A DNA stretch of 64,000 nt from Enoplolaimus lenunculus (lineage: Eukaryota), in contig JASANG010001519.1 in the NCBI GenBank assembly GCA_030248215.1, forward strand, positions 124,001 to 188,000, in the 5' to 3' direction. Each line of letters begins with the position of its first letter. Position 1 is the first letter of the stretch. This document shows positions 36,654 to 50,297 of this stretch, one piece after another. Position numbers and translations under genes: made by a program. The notes below the pieces were generated by a model. That model worked only from the letters and a program-made list of their open reading frames with translations. It was not told where the DNA came from and searched no databases.

Positions 36654-39162
36654 CGACATTTTTACAGATTCTATTATAAGGAACATATCATACTTTCACA
36701 AAAATCCATAACGCAAATTAATATTTTTAGAGTTTTTAGCGTTTTAGCCAGTTCGGTGTACTGGCGTGTCACTAAGATGAACTAAGTATACGTCGACAAG
36801 ACGTGTCTGCTAATGGCTGCTATAAAAACAGCCACATTTGAAATCGTTTAAAGATACAAATTAAATCTGCTAAACGCATTTTCGATGTTTGCATTCTGCA
36901 TTATTCAACCAGTTCTAGAATCCTCTCGAAATAACGCTCGCGCAGCGCTGCCACACGCCGCCGTGCGCCACTGCCAACTGAATTGCATAACGGGAAAATG
37001 TGACCTTACCCTGCATTTCCCCATCCGCGTAAAATTAACCATTTCGGCCAGTTGACTTCATTCAAGAGATCAGTGCGAACTTGAGTTTTGAACGCTGCAG
37101 TGGAGTTGTAATGATAAAGACGGTATTGAGGTAGTTGAGCTTGAAAATCACAATACCAATATTGTGGATAAAAATGATAAATCCAATGAGCGTTTGATTT
37201 TTGCAAGCGATAAGCTTCATGAGACAATTGTGATTGATGCCGCATAGCAGCTGCATTAGCTTCTATGAAACAAGTTATATTTAAGCCACAGTCGTGACAC
37301 GGCGAGCCAAACAGAGAAGCGGATGTGTTCGTAGTGTCGCGTTTATATCCACGAAAGCATATGTCTAAAAAGCCGGATATGAAACGATCGAATGGATCGC
37401 GAACCACAGCCCATTTCCGGTATTCGGGATTTTTCCAAATTTGATCCCTGAAACAAACAAATGACACCAAATTAAAGTGTCTTCAGGACTGCTCTGTGGA
37501 GACAATACTCTGTCTAAGAAGCAAAACTGATTTAAATGTACTGTTAATACTAGCAACCTCTCTAGCTTGCTGTAGTGACTCGAATAAGGGGGGGAGGGAA
37601 TTAACAGTCCGCGGTCCGCATTTTGAGTGTGAAGCAATAGCCGTCTAAGTAAAATGTTACCGATATTTAAAGCAGCAGTATATGCAAGCGTCAAAAGTAT
37701 ATTCCGAATGAACCTAAACCGCAGAAAATTGCTGGCATAACGTTAACAATGTGAGGTTCAAATAACTTCAGCTGGAGCAGAGAATAAATAAGTCCAAAAC
37801 CAAGTAGCGAGACCGCGTCTCTCTGGAGAAGCAAAATAATTATCAGTCTTCACCCTCTTATTCTATTCAGTAGAAGACAATTATATATGTGCATTATTGC
37901 AAAATACACTTTCGTTACTATACTTACTTAAGGTAATTGCCTTCCTGCACTGCAAAAAATGGGGAGTCAAATTGACTCCCTCCGAAATACGTTCTACGGG
38001 ACTACACAAACTGAGTCAAATTCGACTCCGCCAGAGTCAAACGTGCGGCGAAATGAGTCGAATTTGACTCTGGCGGAGTCTAATTTGACTCAATTTGTGT
38101 AGTCCCGTAGAGCCTATTTCGGAGGGAGTCAATTTGACTCAACATTTTTTGCAGAGTGGACTTAGACATGATTTTGGTTATCGTTTTGTAAGTTTATCAC
38201 AACGGGGTAAAACGTGGTAAATTTGCAAACAAAAAGAACCAAATACCTTTGGGTTTCGTTTAATTCAGTTGCGAACCGTCTGTGATAGCTGTCACATTGT
38301 TTGATATTGTGAACACTCATTGGATCACGTCTTGTGCGAAGAAATCCCGTTAACATATAGTGCGTTAAGCAGAACAGTGCTAAAAAATATTGAAATGTTG
38401 GCAAACAGATTGCAATATTTATAACCTTTATACGACGTATTTCGTAGTGCCTAATCCTGGAATTGCACAAAAGATAAAATTCTTCACTTGTTTATAGTTA
38501 CTTATGTATTTGTACGAACAGGAATTATATATGACTAAAATGGTTCGGGGGAAAAGAGAAAGAAAGAAAAACCCAACCCCACCCAAACGGGCCCCACCCA
38601 GCAGACGTTCGTTGTTAATACAGGTTTTCAATATTTTACTGAAAATTGCAAATTTTCAATTTCTGCAAATACGTTGTTGAGTTTTCAGCCTAAAACTGCA
38701 ACCTTTAAATTGTGAATTGCAATTTTTCGGTATCAAGCAATACAGCAGTTTTCGCTTTTCATCGAACGTTGGCGGATGTATCGCGGCACCAATCGGAAAT
38801 TCGCCAGGCGGAAACGGAGGTTTCAAAGCAAAATTGCTGACGTCATGGCTAAGTGCAGTTTTTAGATGTTGACGCGTTTTGGTGTCGTCATGTTCGGCTC
38901 CGTTAATATCGGTTGACGTAATGAAATTCGATTCAAAAATACTTTTTTTCAACAAGCGATGGTTGTCGTTGATATCTCGAAGCAATGCAGTTTGAAAATC
39001 GAACATTTTGTTACTTAGTAACATATCGTTGATAAGTGTGGGAATCTTATATGGTAGCCAAAATATTGGCCAAGTAGTACGAATTTGAAGTATACCAAAG
39101 ACTAGCAATGATGACAATATGCCAAAATAACAAATTATTCGTATGTTTGTAAAAGCCGCCAT
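36306..39162 (-). CDS. Sulfotransfer_2-family (carbohydrate sulfotransferase/CHST-like) type II membrane protein, paralog A, ~437 aa
   Basis: Exons 39162-38703, 38379-38247, 37447-37010, 36588-36306 (1314 nt, in frame). N-terminal TM segment IICYFGILSSLLVFGIL; 5'-PSB-like YCLIPKNCNSQFK; 3'-PB-like VVRDPFDRFISGFLDIC; HFYPQYWYCDF; C-terminal YFIDFLTLRF. Confidence 0.9.
37948..38156. mobile_element. Fully palindromic CACTG-terminal foldback MITE (EnSpm/CACTA-like termini)
   Basis: CACTGCAAAAAATGGGGAGTCAAATTGACTC ... GAGTCAATTTGACTCAACATTTTTTGCAG; in intron 2 of sulfotransferase A. Confidence 0.8.
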
Positions 39163-40832
39163 TGTATATTTTAAGCTAGCGATAGCAAGCTAATTAAGCT
39201 ACAGGTGGAATGCACTATATGTACGCCTGCAACAGTGAACGAAAATATACAAGAAGACTCAAACTTCGATGCTAAAAATTGTTCAGAATCTCGATTAATA
39301 ATTTGTGTTTTAAAATATCGGAAGTAAACTTTTTCCTTGGCCCGTATTTTCAAATGCGAATAGCATCTATCACTTGTTAGCAATAGGCGTTCAAACTGAC
39401 GAATCTCTGCAATTACGGATTGCAAAATTGGTACAGAAGTAGGACCAATCAAAAGCGAAACTTGTGCTCCAATTTTGAACCTCGCCATGCGCTAATTTGA
39501 AAGTTACAAGACCTATCACTAACTGGTGATAGGTGCCAGATACAGTTGAGAATACGGAACCTTGTCTCTTTCTCGGTGTCCCGAATTAAAATAGATACAA
39601 TGGGGGCCAAGTTACACGATTAATAGTATTGAAGCTGACCGTACCAACAACTGTTCTTAACCCTTTCGCTGTCAGATCCCGACACGGCCCTTAGCCAGCT
39701 CACCTTGCTAGGGGGAGCTGAAAAAATTTCAGGAGGGGTACACAAGGAGTTTCGTTGACTTACAAGCAAGGCTGAAAATTTACTACTAGGGATGTCAAAA
39801 TTTTTTCAGGGAGTGCTGAGCCCTCCCCCTGCCCTAAAGTTTTGGCTACGGGCCCGATCCCGGCATCAGGTTTCATCGACAGATTAACAACAATAAAAAG
39901 GTATAGTTGAACGCAAATGGAATAGGGAAAAAAATAGCGAAAAACGAAATATCTAACTCAACAAAGAGAATTATTAAAAATTAATTGTAGGACGAAATGG
40001 TAATTAGCATAAAACCATATTTCATTCGCGTATAATTTCAAAACATTTCATCCACTCTGCCTTTAATTATTATTATGTAAAACTGTTCCTAAATCCTTTG
40101 GATCTCTGCCTGAATACAGCCATTGTTCTGCATACGTATTTTTTATTCAAAAGATTGAGAAAAAATCTACTCAAAAAAGGGACAAATTATTACACGAAAA
40201 AATACTCTCAAAATGGCCTATGAATTTTATTGAAATAAAATCTTTAAAAATGTATTAGAAATATTTAAGAAACGGAGACACTGTCGGATGTAATGGGGCC
40301 ATCCTTTCTGCTGCTTCTAATAACAATTTTAAAATTAAAATTTGGTCTTCAAATTTAGCAATAAAGTTGCGTTTTTGATTTCTTACACGCCTCGCTCATG
40401 TTCTCACACTGTTATCTCGTCGTACCCACGCAAAAAATATCTTGATCATCCCCGTTGGACGGGAAATAATCAAAACGTTGGGAGTTAAAAGTCGGTCATT
40501 CACACACAGATTGAGGTTGAGTACTACACAGGGCAGGTGTAGCCACCCCCCAGTACCCCCATTTGGCATCCCCCTACCCAAAAAAGGGGCCCGCACCGTA
40601 ACCCGTTGAAATAAAAACGGCCGAAGTTTTAAAAAGCATCTGGCTTCTCGCTCGCGAGTTTGAGAATCCCATCCAGAAGTTTGGGTGCAGCCCCAACACT
40701 TGTCTGCTGCGGCTCTGGAACAACAACATGTTTATTACATATAATCACTTAGAATTTACGAACTATTTTTCCTTTAAGAAATACTTCATTACAAATATTC
40801 TACGGTTTGGTTGATAAACTTACTGGACTCTC

Positions 40833-41404
40833 GGCCCATGTTACTTTTAGGGGGCGTCCAGGATTCTGGTGGGTCTGTAAATGAGTAGGTTTAGATTCAG
40901 TATTACTGTAGTGACCCGAAAAAGAGGGGGTCTTCATTTGTGTCCCAATCAATAGGAGCCTGTATCATAAACAGAGTCCGTAAACGGATAGAGTCCCTAA
41001 ACCTTAATTAAAGTCCATAAATATCCATAATGGTAGCGCATAAATGACTCCAGGACCAAATGAACTTGAATCCGAAACGTTAAAGTGTACTTAAGTTTTG
41101 AAACTACATTCCTAAGTATAACCTTGCATTATCGCTCAAGCTATTGACACAAGACAAAGAAACGTTTATTTCAACGGAAAATTGCGGTACCGATCAATAT
41201 CGTAACAAAGGGTAGCGGAGCGTGGGTTAAAAATAAACAACAGTCCGTAACCGAATAACAGAGGGGTACCCTGTGGAGAGGCCAAATAAATATCAGTCCC
41301 CCCGCTTATTCGGGTCACTACAGTACATTTTTTTGCTTAGGCTTAGGCGTAGGCTTAGGAATACGCTTAATCTGCTGTTACACCTCTAAAGGTAAACATT
41401 GACC
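40833..41404. mobile_element. TTAGGC-bearing MITE family B copy interrupted by a nested TA-TSD MITE (40906-41323)
   Basis: The two flanks rejoin as ATTACATTTTTTGC, as in the uninterrupted copy at 52532. Confidence 0.8.
40906..41323. mobile_element. MITE with TIR CTGTAGTGACCCGAATAAG and TA TSD (Tc1/mariner-type target)
   Basis: TA|CTGTAGTGACCCGAA ... TTCGGGTCACTACAG|TA. Relatives at 35911-36176, 37570-37860, 46245-46415 and 57190-57380. Confidence 0.85.
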
Positions 41405-42163
41405 GTTCTTTTAATAAATACTTCATTACAAAAATATTCTACGCCTTAGTTGATAAACTCGCTGAACTCTAATGATTAAGTGAGAACAAAAAAGTTGTCT
41501 ATAAACAAAATATATATACCACTTCACAGCAATTGAATTCGTGACAATTTCATGTATTTTTGTATATTTTTACAAATTTCACTCTTTATATTTTTAAAAC
41601 AATTTGTGTTTTACCATTTTTCGCGTAACATATTTAATCGAATTGAAGCAGCGAAAACGGGGGGGGGTATTGTAGCCGTACCCAAACCTGCTTGAGAGAC
41701 CAGAAAAAGGCGCTTGCATCAGAAGGATTATAGTATAACCTGTTCGATAGTCCAAACACTGAGAAGACCTTTCCGAAATTAAACTACAACTCCGCCCTTT
41801 ACTATCACGATTTCATGAATATTTGATAATAAGTGAAACGCCTCGTAGACTTTCTTGCATTGTCAATGCCATATTAATTGTGTTTCATGAACACTGTTTT
41901 TATCGGCAGGATGATGTTTTTTCGACTAAAATTTGACTCGACTTTGTTTACAAATCGTGGTGGTCATGAAAAATGACAAGAAAAACGTCGGCTACATTGT
42001 AAACGAAAACAAAATGGTTACTAATATTTTGAAATGGTTTTCAATTGTCAGGTATAAGCACGCGAATTGTAAAAGCATACATCATCAACACTGTATATCG
42101 ATATTACGAACATTATATGTAAACGTGGACTTTGGTGGTTGACGGAAATTTTTTTTCAATCTT

Positions 42164-42387
42164 GGCCCATATTCTCAAATGCGTAAAGCAGCTATCAGCA
42201 ATTAGCAGAACGTCTTGAAACTAACGAACTACTGCAGGTGCAAATGTCAATATTTGCACAAAAAGTAGAGTAAATCAAATGCAATAAAACGCGCTGAATT
42301 TTCCAACGTCACCATTATCTGGTTCGTAAGTTTCATGACCTATCGCCAACTGGTGATAGGTGTTAAACACATTTGAGAATACGGGCT
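42164..42387. mobile_element. MITE with TIR GGCCC(A/G)TATTCTCAAATG
   Basis: GGCCCATATTCTCAAATG ... CATTTGAGAATACGGGC. Relatives at 9377-9597, 29360-29575, 32885-33115 and 39339-39558. Confidence 0.8.
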
Positions 42388-42502
42388 CTTAATTAAACAT
42401 TGACCGCTATATAAGCTTTTTTAACAGTGTCTGTGTACTTCAAGTAAGCAATTTATAATGGTCTAGACTTTCAAAACTTACAGAAGTTTATCTAGTGTGG
42501 TA

Positions 42503-42691
42503 CACTGTAAAAAATGGGGAGTCAAATTGACTCTCTCGGAAATAGGCTTTTCCTGACTACACAAACTGAGTCAAATTCGACTCCATCGTTAATCGAATTT
42601 GACTCTGGTGGGGTCGAATTTGACTCAGTTTGCGTAGTCAGCAAAAGCCTGTTTCCGAGAGAGTCAATTTGACTCCCCATTTTTTGCAGTG
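42503..42691. mobile_element. Palindromic CACTG-terminal foldback MITE copy
   Basis: Near-perfect ~90-bp arms. Confidence 0.85.
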
Positions 42692-42897
42692 AGGAAAATT
42701 TGTTATGCGCCTTGCGGTGAAAGGTTCAAGGGGGTGGCGACGGCGCACCAACAATATTGAATAGAGGGTCTACCAAACTAATTTGATATATAACCAAAAT
42801 TTTTACTGATGGAGTAGACACGGCTGTCGCATGGAAACACGCGTCCAATGGCAGAGATCGCAGATTAATGGCGGGTGAAGGCTACGAGATATATACG

Positions 42898-43058
42898 AGC
42901 CCGTAGCCAAGGAAGGGGCAGGGGGGCTCAGCCTCCCATGGAAAATTTGGGCCCCCCGTAGAAGATTTTCAACCTTGCTTGTAAGTCATTGAAAACCTTT
43001 ATATGCCCCTCCTGAAAATTTTTTAGCCACCCTAGCAAGGTGAGCTGGCTACGGGCTT
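42898..43058. mobile_element. MITE with TIR AGCCCGTAGCCA
   Basis: AGCCCGTAGCCA ... TGGCTACGGGCT; inverted copy at ~39686-39855. Confidence 0.7.
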
Positions 43059-44995
43059 GGATATATATCTGTGAAAAACGCAAATTTGGGTATGATTTCC
43101 ATTTGCAACTTAGGTTTGTATGGCGCGCTTTGGATCGATTAGGTGCACAAGCCGTACGTGGTCAGGTGGGTCGCGTGTCTGAACGTTCATGGGTCATGCT
43201 GGTCACAGGTTGCCCGCGGCGAACCGGATTCATATCTGACGTACAATGAGCAAAGAAACACAAACTCTGTTGACCAACGATAGTATGACGATTTCAATTC
43301 GGCAGTTCAGTGTTCTAAATAGTTAAAAACTGAAGTCTCTATTGGTGCTACATCCACATGATACAAAAAGTCCTCGAGCAGTGTGGGCTTGAAGCCATCA
43401 TCACTTTTTGTATTTAATCTCAATTGAGGGTACATTATACTACACTGTAAATTTCAGAAAGTTGATTTTAACTCAGAGTGAGTTGAGTCACTCTGTCTCA
43501 GTTAGGACTATCAGAACTCAGAAGTTTGAGTTGATTCAATTCATTCTGAGTTAATTAATCGACTTACTAAGTGTCAACTGAATTCAGAGTGACAATTAAC
43601 TAAACTGAGAGTGAGTTAGTGTTTGCTGATATTAATTCAGAAGTAACCAACCAGCTCGCTAGCAGAATTTTGCTTAGGTTTAGGTTTATATATGCTTAGG
43701 CTTAGGCTTAGGAATATGCTTATACTACTGTTCTGGCCCTGTTCTATACATGGGCCTATTTTACAGTATATACTTTGGTAACGAATGCTGCGTTAAAACA
43801 GGTACAGATCAACTTTTGGTCAATTTTATTTGTCACTTATGTTAATTTAGGTTTTGTTCTCGTTGCCAAGAGACAACTCAGCAAGCGTCGATATTTTTCA
43901 AAGACATAAATTGAAAGGGCCAGCAAAAATTGACAACCAGAGTGCAACCGAAGGTGAAAAAACAACCGGAAACCGGATATCAACAAATTTTATAACAGCC
44001 GGAGCCGGAAATAAAATAAAATTATGTATTAATGAAATCCATGTTGAATGTGTTGCTATTGGCAGTAATCAAGTGTTGCAAAACTGTGCTTTTATGCTTC
44101 CTGATTAGAGAAATTTGGGCAATCACACGTCTTCAAATTGTCCTAATGTTTTACAAATCCAATGGATAGCGGAACTTTTATAAAATGGGGAAAATTGTAT
44201 CCGGACCTGCGTCTCCGGTCGGTTTTCTGCCTGTGCCGACGCAGATATTAGGTTCCGGTTGTTCACTGTACCTGTTGGAGTTGGCTATTGTATGGGTTAT
44301 TTTACATTTATTGTTGGACTGGTAGTCATTTTTCGAACCGTATGAAACATTATTATTCATGAAGCCAACAGTGCATAATACAAGAATGTGCAACTCTTGG
44401 GGTTTCGCATGATACAAAATGTATCACTGGGTGTTGCGTTTCCGGACATCCCCCTCTTGTTACAAGGGGGTCGCTGTCACATGCAATGACTCTGAATTAA
44501 ACTATAAGCCGAGCAATTTTGGTTGCCGGATACACAAATTGTCATTTTTCACACCGGTTTTACTCCCCTCTAAAATAAAGGGTAGTAGGGCAAAAACGCA
44601 ACGCCTGCCGGGTACTTTTTTACACAGAATATACTCAGTTGCATACTCTTGTTAAAGTGTGCATCATCCACTCGTGAGAAACCAAAGAAACTCAACTGAA
44701 ACAAGCATCATAAACCAAAAAATGTGGGGGTAAATTTGAAAACTACGAGAACGTCGTTAAACATTAATAACTCAATAAATATCAACAAAAACTGTGTTAA
44801 TTGCATTAATTAAACGTTTGAGTTTGCATGGAAATAAATTGTTTTAAGTCACGTAGTTTTTATTATACTAAAAATGTGCATATAAAAATTCTTTTGTCTT
44901 CCCGGGTCAAACCAAACTGGATTGTAAATATTTTAACAAAACGACCAATGACGATCTATAAGAAAGAACAATTTGAAATTGTCACTGGCTGTTCG

Positions 44996-45241
44996 GGCCA
45001 ATGTAAAAAGCGTCGGAACAGTTTATTATAATTATATTCCTTAGCCTAAGCCTAAGCCTAAGCCTGAGAATGAGCATATTGCTAAGCCTAAGCCTACGCC
45101 TAAGCCTAAGCGTGAGAATGAGCATATTGCTAAGCCTAAGCCTAAGTCTAAACCTACGACAACAAAAAATAGTCAAAACCTTAAGATTACTCTATTCTAG
45201 TCCCACAGAAAAACGTTCCGCTCGTGATCTTTACCGGGGCC
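44996..45241. mobile_element. TTAGGC-bearing MITE family A copy
   Basis: Same TIRs, (GCCTAA)n tracts, TSD GCTGTTCG/GCGGTTCG (7/8). Confidence 0.8.
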
Positions 45242-46963
45242 GCGGTTCGAAAAGGTTCGGAATGCATCCTAAGCCAATTACACGAACCTAAACCGAGATT
45301 TTGTATTGAGGCTAAGTATAGAAAATGGCGTTCCGTGTTTCTGTTGCTTCACTGGTGCGGAAATTTTTCCATTATTATATGTCGCGCCTCGGGGCCTCAC
45401 CCCTAAAGGGCCCCCACACTAAACGATTGAAACAAAAACCGCTTAAGTTTTAAAATGCGTCTGGCTTCTCGCTCGCGAGTTTGGGGGCCTCCATCCTGGA
45501 ATTTGGAGGAACCTCCACTGTGGAATTTAGGGGAAGCCTTCACTCCTGCCTGCTCCGGCACTGCATGCACCGTAATCAAAACGTTTCATATGCCACGCTA
45601 GTTTCCAATACCTTCAAATGGGACAGTCCGTCACACTTTAAGGGGCCACTTATAAAATTGCGAAACAGATTTTTCGCAGTTAACTTTCAGGGCAGTTTTA
45701 ATACTGAAATTTGGGGCTGTCTTTTCGCTCGCTAACGCTTGCAAGCGATGAGATGATATTAGTTGAAAAAATTAAATTGTATCCTGATATATGACTGATC
45801 ACTCACATTGACCTTTGTGGAGTTTGTCGCACTCCTGTTCATTAATTTAAAGACGGGTTGTTTATGTATCATTTAAATGAAAGAATGAGCAACTATATTA
45901 AAAAGTTATTGTTGAATTGATTACAGAGCGGTCTGAACAATGAATAGGATACTATACTCAGACTGTTGCTCATTTCGGCCCATGTAAAAATCGGGGGCGG
46001 AATGTTTTTTTGTGGGAATAGAGAAGAGTAAGGTTAAACTTTACACCGATTTTTTTGCTTGGCTTAGACTAAGGAATGTGCTGATTCTTACGCTTAGGTT
46101 TAGGTTTACGAATATGCTTCTTATGTCATTCTCTCTTTTGGGCAGGACTGATCTTCCGCAGCATTTTTGTTGGTTGCCATGTCCGTTAATTATTTTCTGT
46201 ATTCTGTAATAAAATACATGCGGGTTGTTATTTGGTTGTGGACTCATTTATGCACTACATTTAGGGATAATTGACATTTAGTGACTCTAATTAGGGATTA
46301 CGAGCTATATCCGGTTACGGACTTGAATTAGTGATACAAACTCATATTGATTGGACTCAAAATGAGGACCCCCCCCCCTCTTATTACCCCCACCCTCTTA
46401 TTCTGGTCACAATAGTGTGTTATAGCGCAGTTTTTAAAATTATTATACAAATTTTCGAACGATTGTTTTCTTTGTAATCGACTTTCAAGCTGTTGTAGTC
46501 GTGCAGTGATGACCAACGTCTTCTATACTACAATTGTCAGTTCGAAAATTGGAATGTAATCTTGAAATTGAAGTTGTATTTAGAACGAAATCAAAAATAA
46601 CTATTTACAAAAACGGTTAAATGTCAAATATTAGGCATGACTCAGGCTAATAAAGACCAGCTAAATGCGGAATTTTGATACAGATACAACGTGATGCAGT
46701 GTTCATTTTTTGGCCAATGTTACTTTTAGGGGCGTAACAGTAGAATAACCGTGTTCCTAAGCCTAAACCTAAGCCTAAGCATTGCGAAAATGCGTTCCTA
46801 AGCCTAATATTAGTTTTAGGGGCCTAACTGTAGAATAACCGCATTCCTAAGCCTAAGCCTAAGCGTTGCAAAATTGTGTTCCTAAGCCTAAGTCCGAGCA
46901 TTGCAAAGATGTGTTCCAAAGCCTATGCCTAAGGCTAAGCTCTATGCAAAAAATGTAATCTAG

Positions 46964-47300
46964 AAGATGTTTTATTTTAAGTTTCAAAAATGTTTTATTT
47001 TAAGTTTCAAAGATGTTTTATTTTAAGTTTCAAAAATGTTTTATTTTAAGTTTCAAAGATGTTTTATTTTAAGTTTCAAAAATGTTTTATTTTAAGTTTC
47101 AAAGATGTTTTATTTTAAGTTTCAAAAATGTTTTATTTTAAGTTTCAAAGACGTTATATTTAAAGTTTCAAAAATGTTTTATTTTAAGTTTCAAAAAAGT
47201 TTTATTTTAAGTTTCAAAAATGTTTTATTTTAAGTTTCAAAGATATTTTATTTTAAGTTTCAAAGATGTTTTATTTTAAGTTTCAAAGATGTTTTATTTT
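46964..47300. repeat. 23-bp AT-rich minisatellite, ~14.5 copies ((A/G)ATGTTTTATTTTAAGTTTCAAA)
   Basis: GTTTCAA recurs every 23 bp; A and G variants alternate in the 5' part. Confidence 0.95.
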
Positions 47301-47789
47301 TCTGCCAACACACTGGAGGCATTCAAATATTTTTTGGGCTTTCTAAAATTATACAGAAAAATAGCGGATGCAATGAAATCTTTAAGACTGGAGGCGCAAT
47401 TTACATTTCATGTCGAACAGTTGCAGCATATTTTTAATGAAAAATTGCAAGTTATATACGTGGTTTATAACAGATTATGAGCGCAAACAATAACGAAATT
47501 TTCGCTATTTTTATAACGGAAAGCTAAACAAACACAGATTTTTACCTGAAACGGATATTCGATTACACAATGCTAGGTGTAAATTTCTAGCTCCCTACTT
47601 TATGGCTATTGGTGTGAAGCCAATAGCGGCGCAGGCAAAATTTGACAAGTGTGCTAAACCAACTAGTAAATATACATATTTTTATTTCAATTAATTCGTA
47701 GAAATAGCAAGAGTGACCTTAAAAAATTTTCACTAAAATTTTTCCTGCGGCGTCAAGCGAACCTCTCGCTTTACGATCATGCACTATTG

Positions 47790-48031
47790 CAATGAGTTAA
47801 TTAATCAACTCAGACGAATAGTAAGTTATTTCTGAGTGAATAAAAGTTAACTTTAATTCACTCTGAGATGAGCTGATTCTCACTTTGAGCTGAGTTGACT
47901 CTGGATGAGTTGATTACGTAAGTCAAAATGTATTGAATCAACTCAAAACTCTGAGTTCTGATAGTCCTAACTCAGACTGAGTGATTCAACTCATTCTGAG
48001 TTGAAATCAGCTCTCACTGAAATTTACAGTG
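47790..48031. mobile_element. CACTGTAAATT-terminal MITE family (GAGTTGATT/AACTCA-rich)
   Basis: Ends in AAATTTACAGTG. Relatives at 43443-43660, 58884-59041 and 62378-62630. Confidence 0.7.
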
Positions 48032-49495
48032 TAGCTTTGCTAACGTGTTTTTATTCTGCTATAATTTATTTGTCACCAATATCAACGCTCAACAGACAGT
48101 GGTTTTCGGTATAAGTTTCGTGTTTTATAAAAATATCTTCTTTGCCTGTTCAACGTTTAAAGCGTTACAATATTTTAATAACTTTTCAAAATGGACTCCC
48201 CATTAATGAAAAAACCATAACAGATTATTTTTTACTATCTTTTAAAACTGTTTTAAACTTTATTAATAATAAAAGTTGTCTTTTTAAAATTATGAATATT
48301 AATGAGAAACGGGTCTAAAAACTTAAATTATTACAATCAAACGGACAGATATATCACATTAATTCGACAAGCAAACAACGTTTTTGTCGCTTTTAGTTTT
48401 TTTGTGCCAATTTTCTATATTTGTTATTTTTAAACAATCTTGGTTTATTCGCTCAAGCATTGAGAAGGTTTGGTTATTAAACGTCACACTGGCAGTGTGA
48501 TGTAAGCTGTAGGGATACCACTGGATTATGGATCCGCTAAGGGGAAATATTTTGTCGAGACAAAAAGCTAGGATTCGATTTCAGACTATTATTTTGTTTA
48601 AAAGTTTAGGTTTAGGTTTAGGCTAAACATTTATCTTTACGCTTAGACTTTGGATTTGGTGCCGCTATACCGTTGATAACGTCCGGTGCCATTAGTCATA
48701 CGGCGCCGTCCGTTACCGTCAGTCTCCGTTTGGTTTTGTTCGCACCGTGCCTTAGTGTAAATGCATTGCTGCATGGTACAGCATAGCAATTGCAAAACAA
48801 AGCAATTTTTAATTGACAGCGCAGTACGGCGCCTCGCGATTAGTGTAGCGATACCCCAAGACCAGTGGCGGATCCAGGATCTCAAAATGGGGGGGCAAAA
48901 TTTCAAAGGTAATCAACTTAATTTTGACCCACCCACAAACCACGAACTATTGCCATAAAATTGACTTCTTTACGTTCGTTCAATTGAGATGAATCACTAA
49001 TAAAACTAGATGCTGTAGGGGGGAGCACGGCCGAAGTGGCCCCCCATAGATACGCCATTGCCCAAGACTTAGAACAATGCGTAATCTTGAGTTTTGGCTC
49101 TAAAACTAACATTGGCCTAACTTTTAACGCTAAGGATACACTGGGTGTTGGATCGCTTGGCTTGAGATGTTTTTTAAACCAACTCTACCTGTCATTTACT
49201 AATTGTGGTAAGACGCTGAGCACCTGTCTCGCACCAACAGAACCGTTCGTGCGTTTCTCAGAACCCAGGGTGTTCGTATGCATTTCACGGTACATAGTTG
49301 CCACTTCAACAATCACTGCGTTAAATATTTCGTCACCAGAGCAGATCACACCTTAAAGTTTATTTATGGCAGTATAGTTGTCTAACCATTTGGAACACAA
49401 CAGTTTTATGCTCTATACTATTTTCAATGATTTCACGACATTTATAAACGAAAAAAACGTTTATACAGCCAAATAACTGTAGCGTTGTTACAGTT

Positions 49496-49780
49496 TAAAA
49501 TCGACCAAAATCCACCAAAATCGACCAAAATCGACCAAAATAGACCAAAATCGACCAAAATAGACCAAAATCGACCAAAATCGATCAAAATCGACCAAAA
49601 TCGACCAAAATCAACCAAAATCGACCAAAATCGATCACAATCGACAAAAATCGACCAAAATCGACCAAAATCGATCAAAATCGACCAAAATCGATCAAAA
49701 TCGACCAAAATCGACCAAAATCAACCAAATCGACCAAAATCGACCAAACTCGACCAAAATCGACCAAAATCGATCAAAGT
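49496..49780. repeat. 10-bp minisatellite (AAAATCGACC)n, ~28 copies
   Basis: Directly visible periodicity. Confidence 0.95.
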
Positions 49781-49901
49781 CGAATCAGTTCACAAAATAA
49801 TCGCAGCTTCGAGTCAAATATAATACCACTGTTTCGCTATGTAACATGGTTTAAAATATTTGACCACACGAAGGTTGACCCCTATAAATCACTCTCTAGG
49901 C

Positions 49902-50095
49902 GGCCAATGTTACTTTAAGGGGCGTAACAGTAGACTAAACGTATTCCTAGGCGTAAGCGTATGGTTAAACGTTGCAAAAATGAGTTCCTATACCTATGAC
50001 TAACCCTAAGCCAAAGCAAAAATGTAATCTAGAACCTAAACCTATTCTTTTATAGATTCACCAGAAACCTGGACACCCCATAAGTAGTATGGGCC
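49902..50095. mobile_element. MITE family B copy ~200 bp upstream of the sulfotransferase B ATG
   Basis: TIR GGCCAATGTTACTTT / AAGTAGTATGGGCC; TSD CTCTAGGC/CTCGAGGC. Other copies at 46712-46965, 52532-52708 and 61948-62069. Confidence 0.75.
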
Positions 50096-50297
50096 CTCGA
50101 GGCTACGGGTTTGTAATGCGCACTTTTAATGGATTTGATTTTTAATTTTTTCAACAACCTTCATCATTTTGTTTCAAGTACATTTTTTTGCTTCCTGTCA
50201 AACTTTGTAGACAATATTAACTGAAATATTTGTAAAGTTTTTGAACTCCGCAGCATCTGATGTCGTTGGTAGGATTGTTCAAATTCTACTATTAAAC

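Noticed and set aside
39171..39488. 105-aa ORF just upstream of sulfotransferase A
   Set aside because: Half of it lies within a MITE (39339-39558), it has no recognisable domain, and it stops before the ATG that aligns with the paralog's start.
44982..45291. LRLRLR / LSLSLS ORFs (also 51977, 56161, 60103)
   Set aside because: Translations of TTAGGC/GCCTAA tracts inside MITEs.
49442..49823. KSTKIDQNRP and DFGRFWSIL repeat ORFs
   Set aside because: By-products of the 10-bp minisatellite; no splice or domain support.
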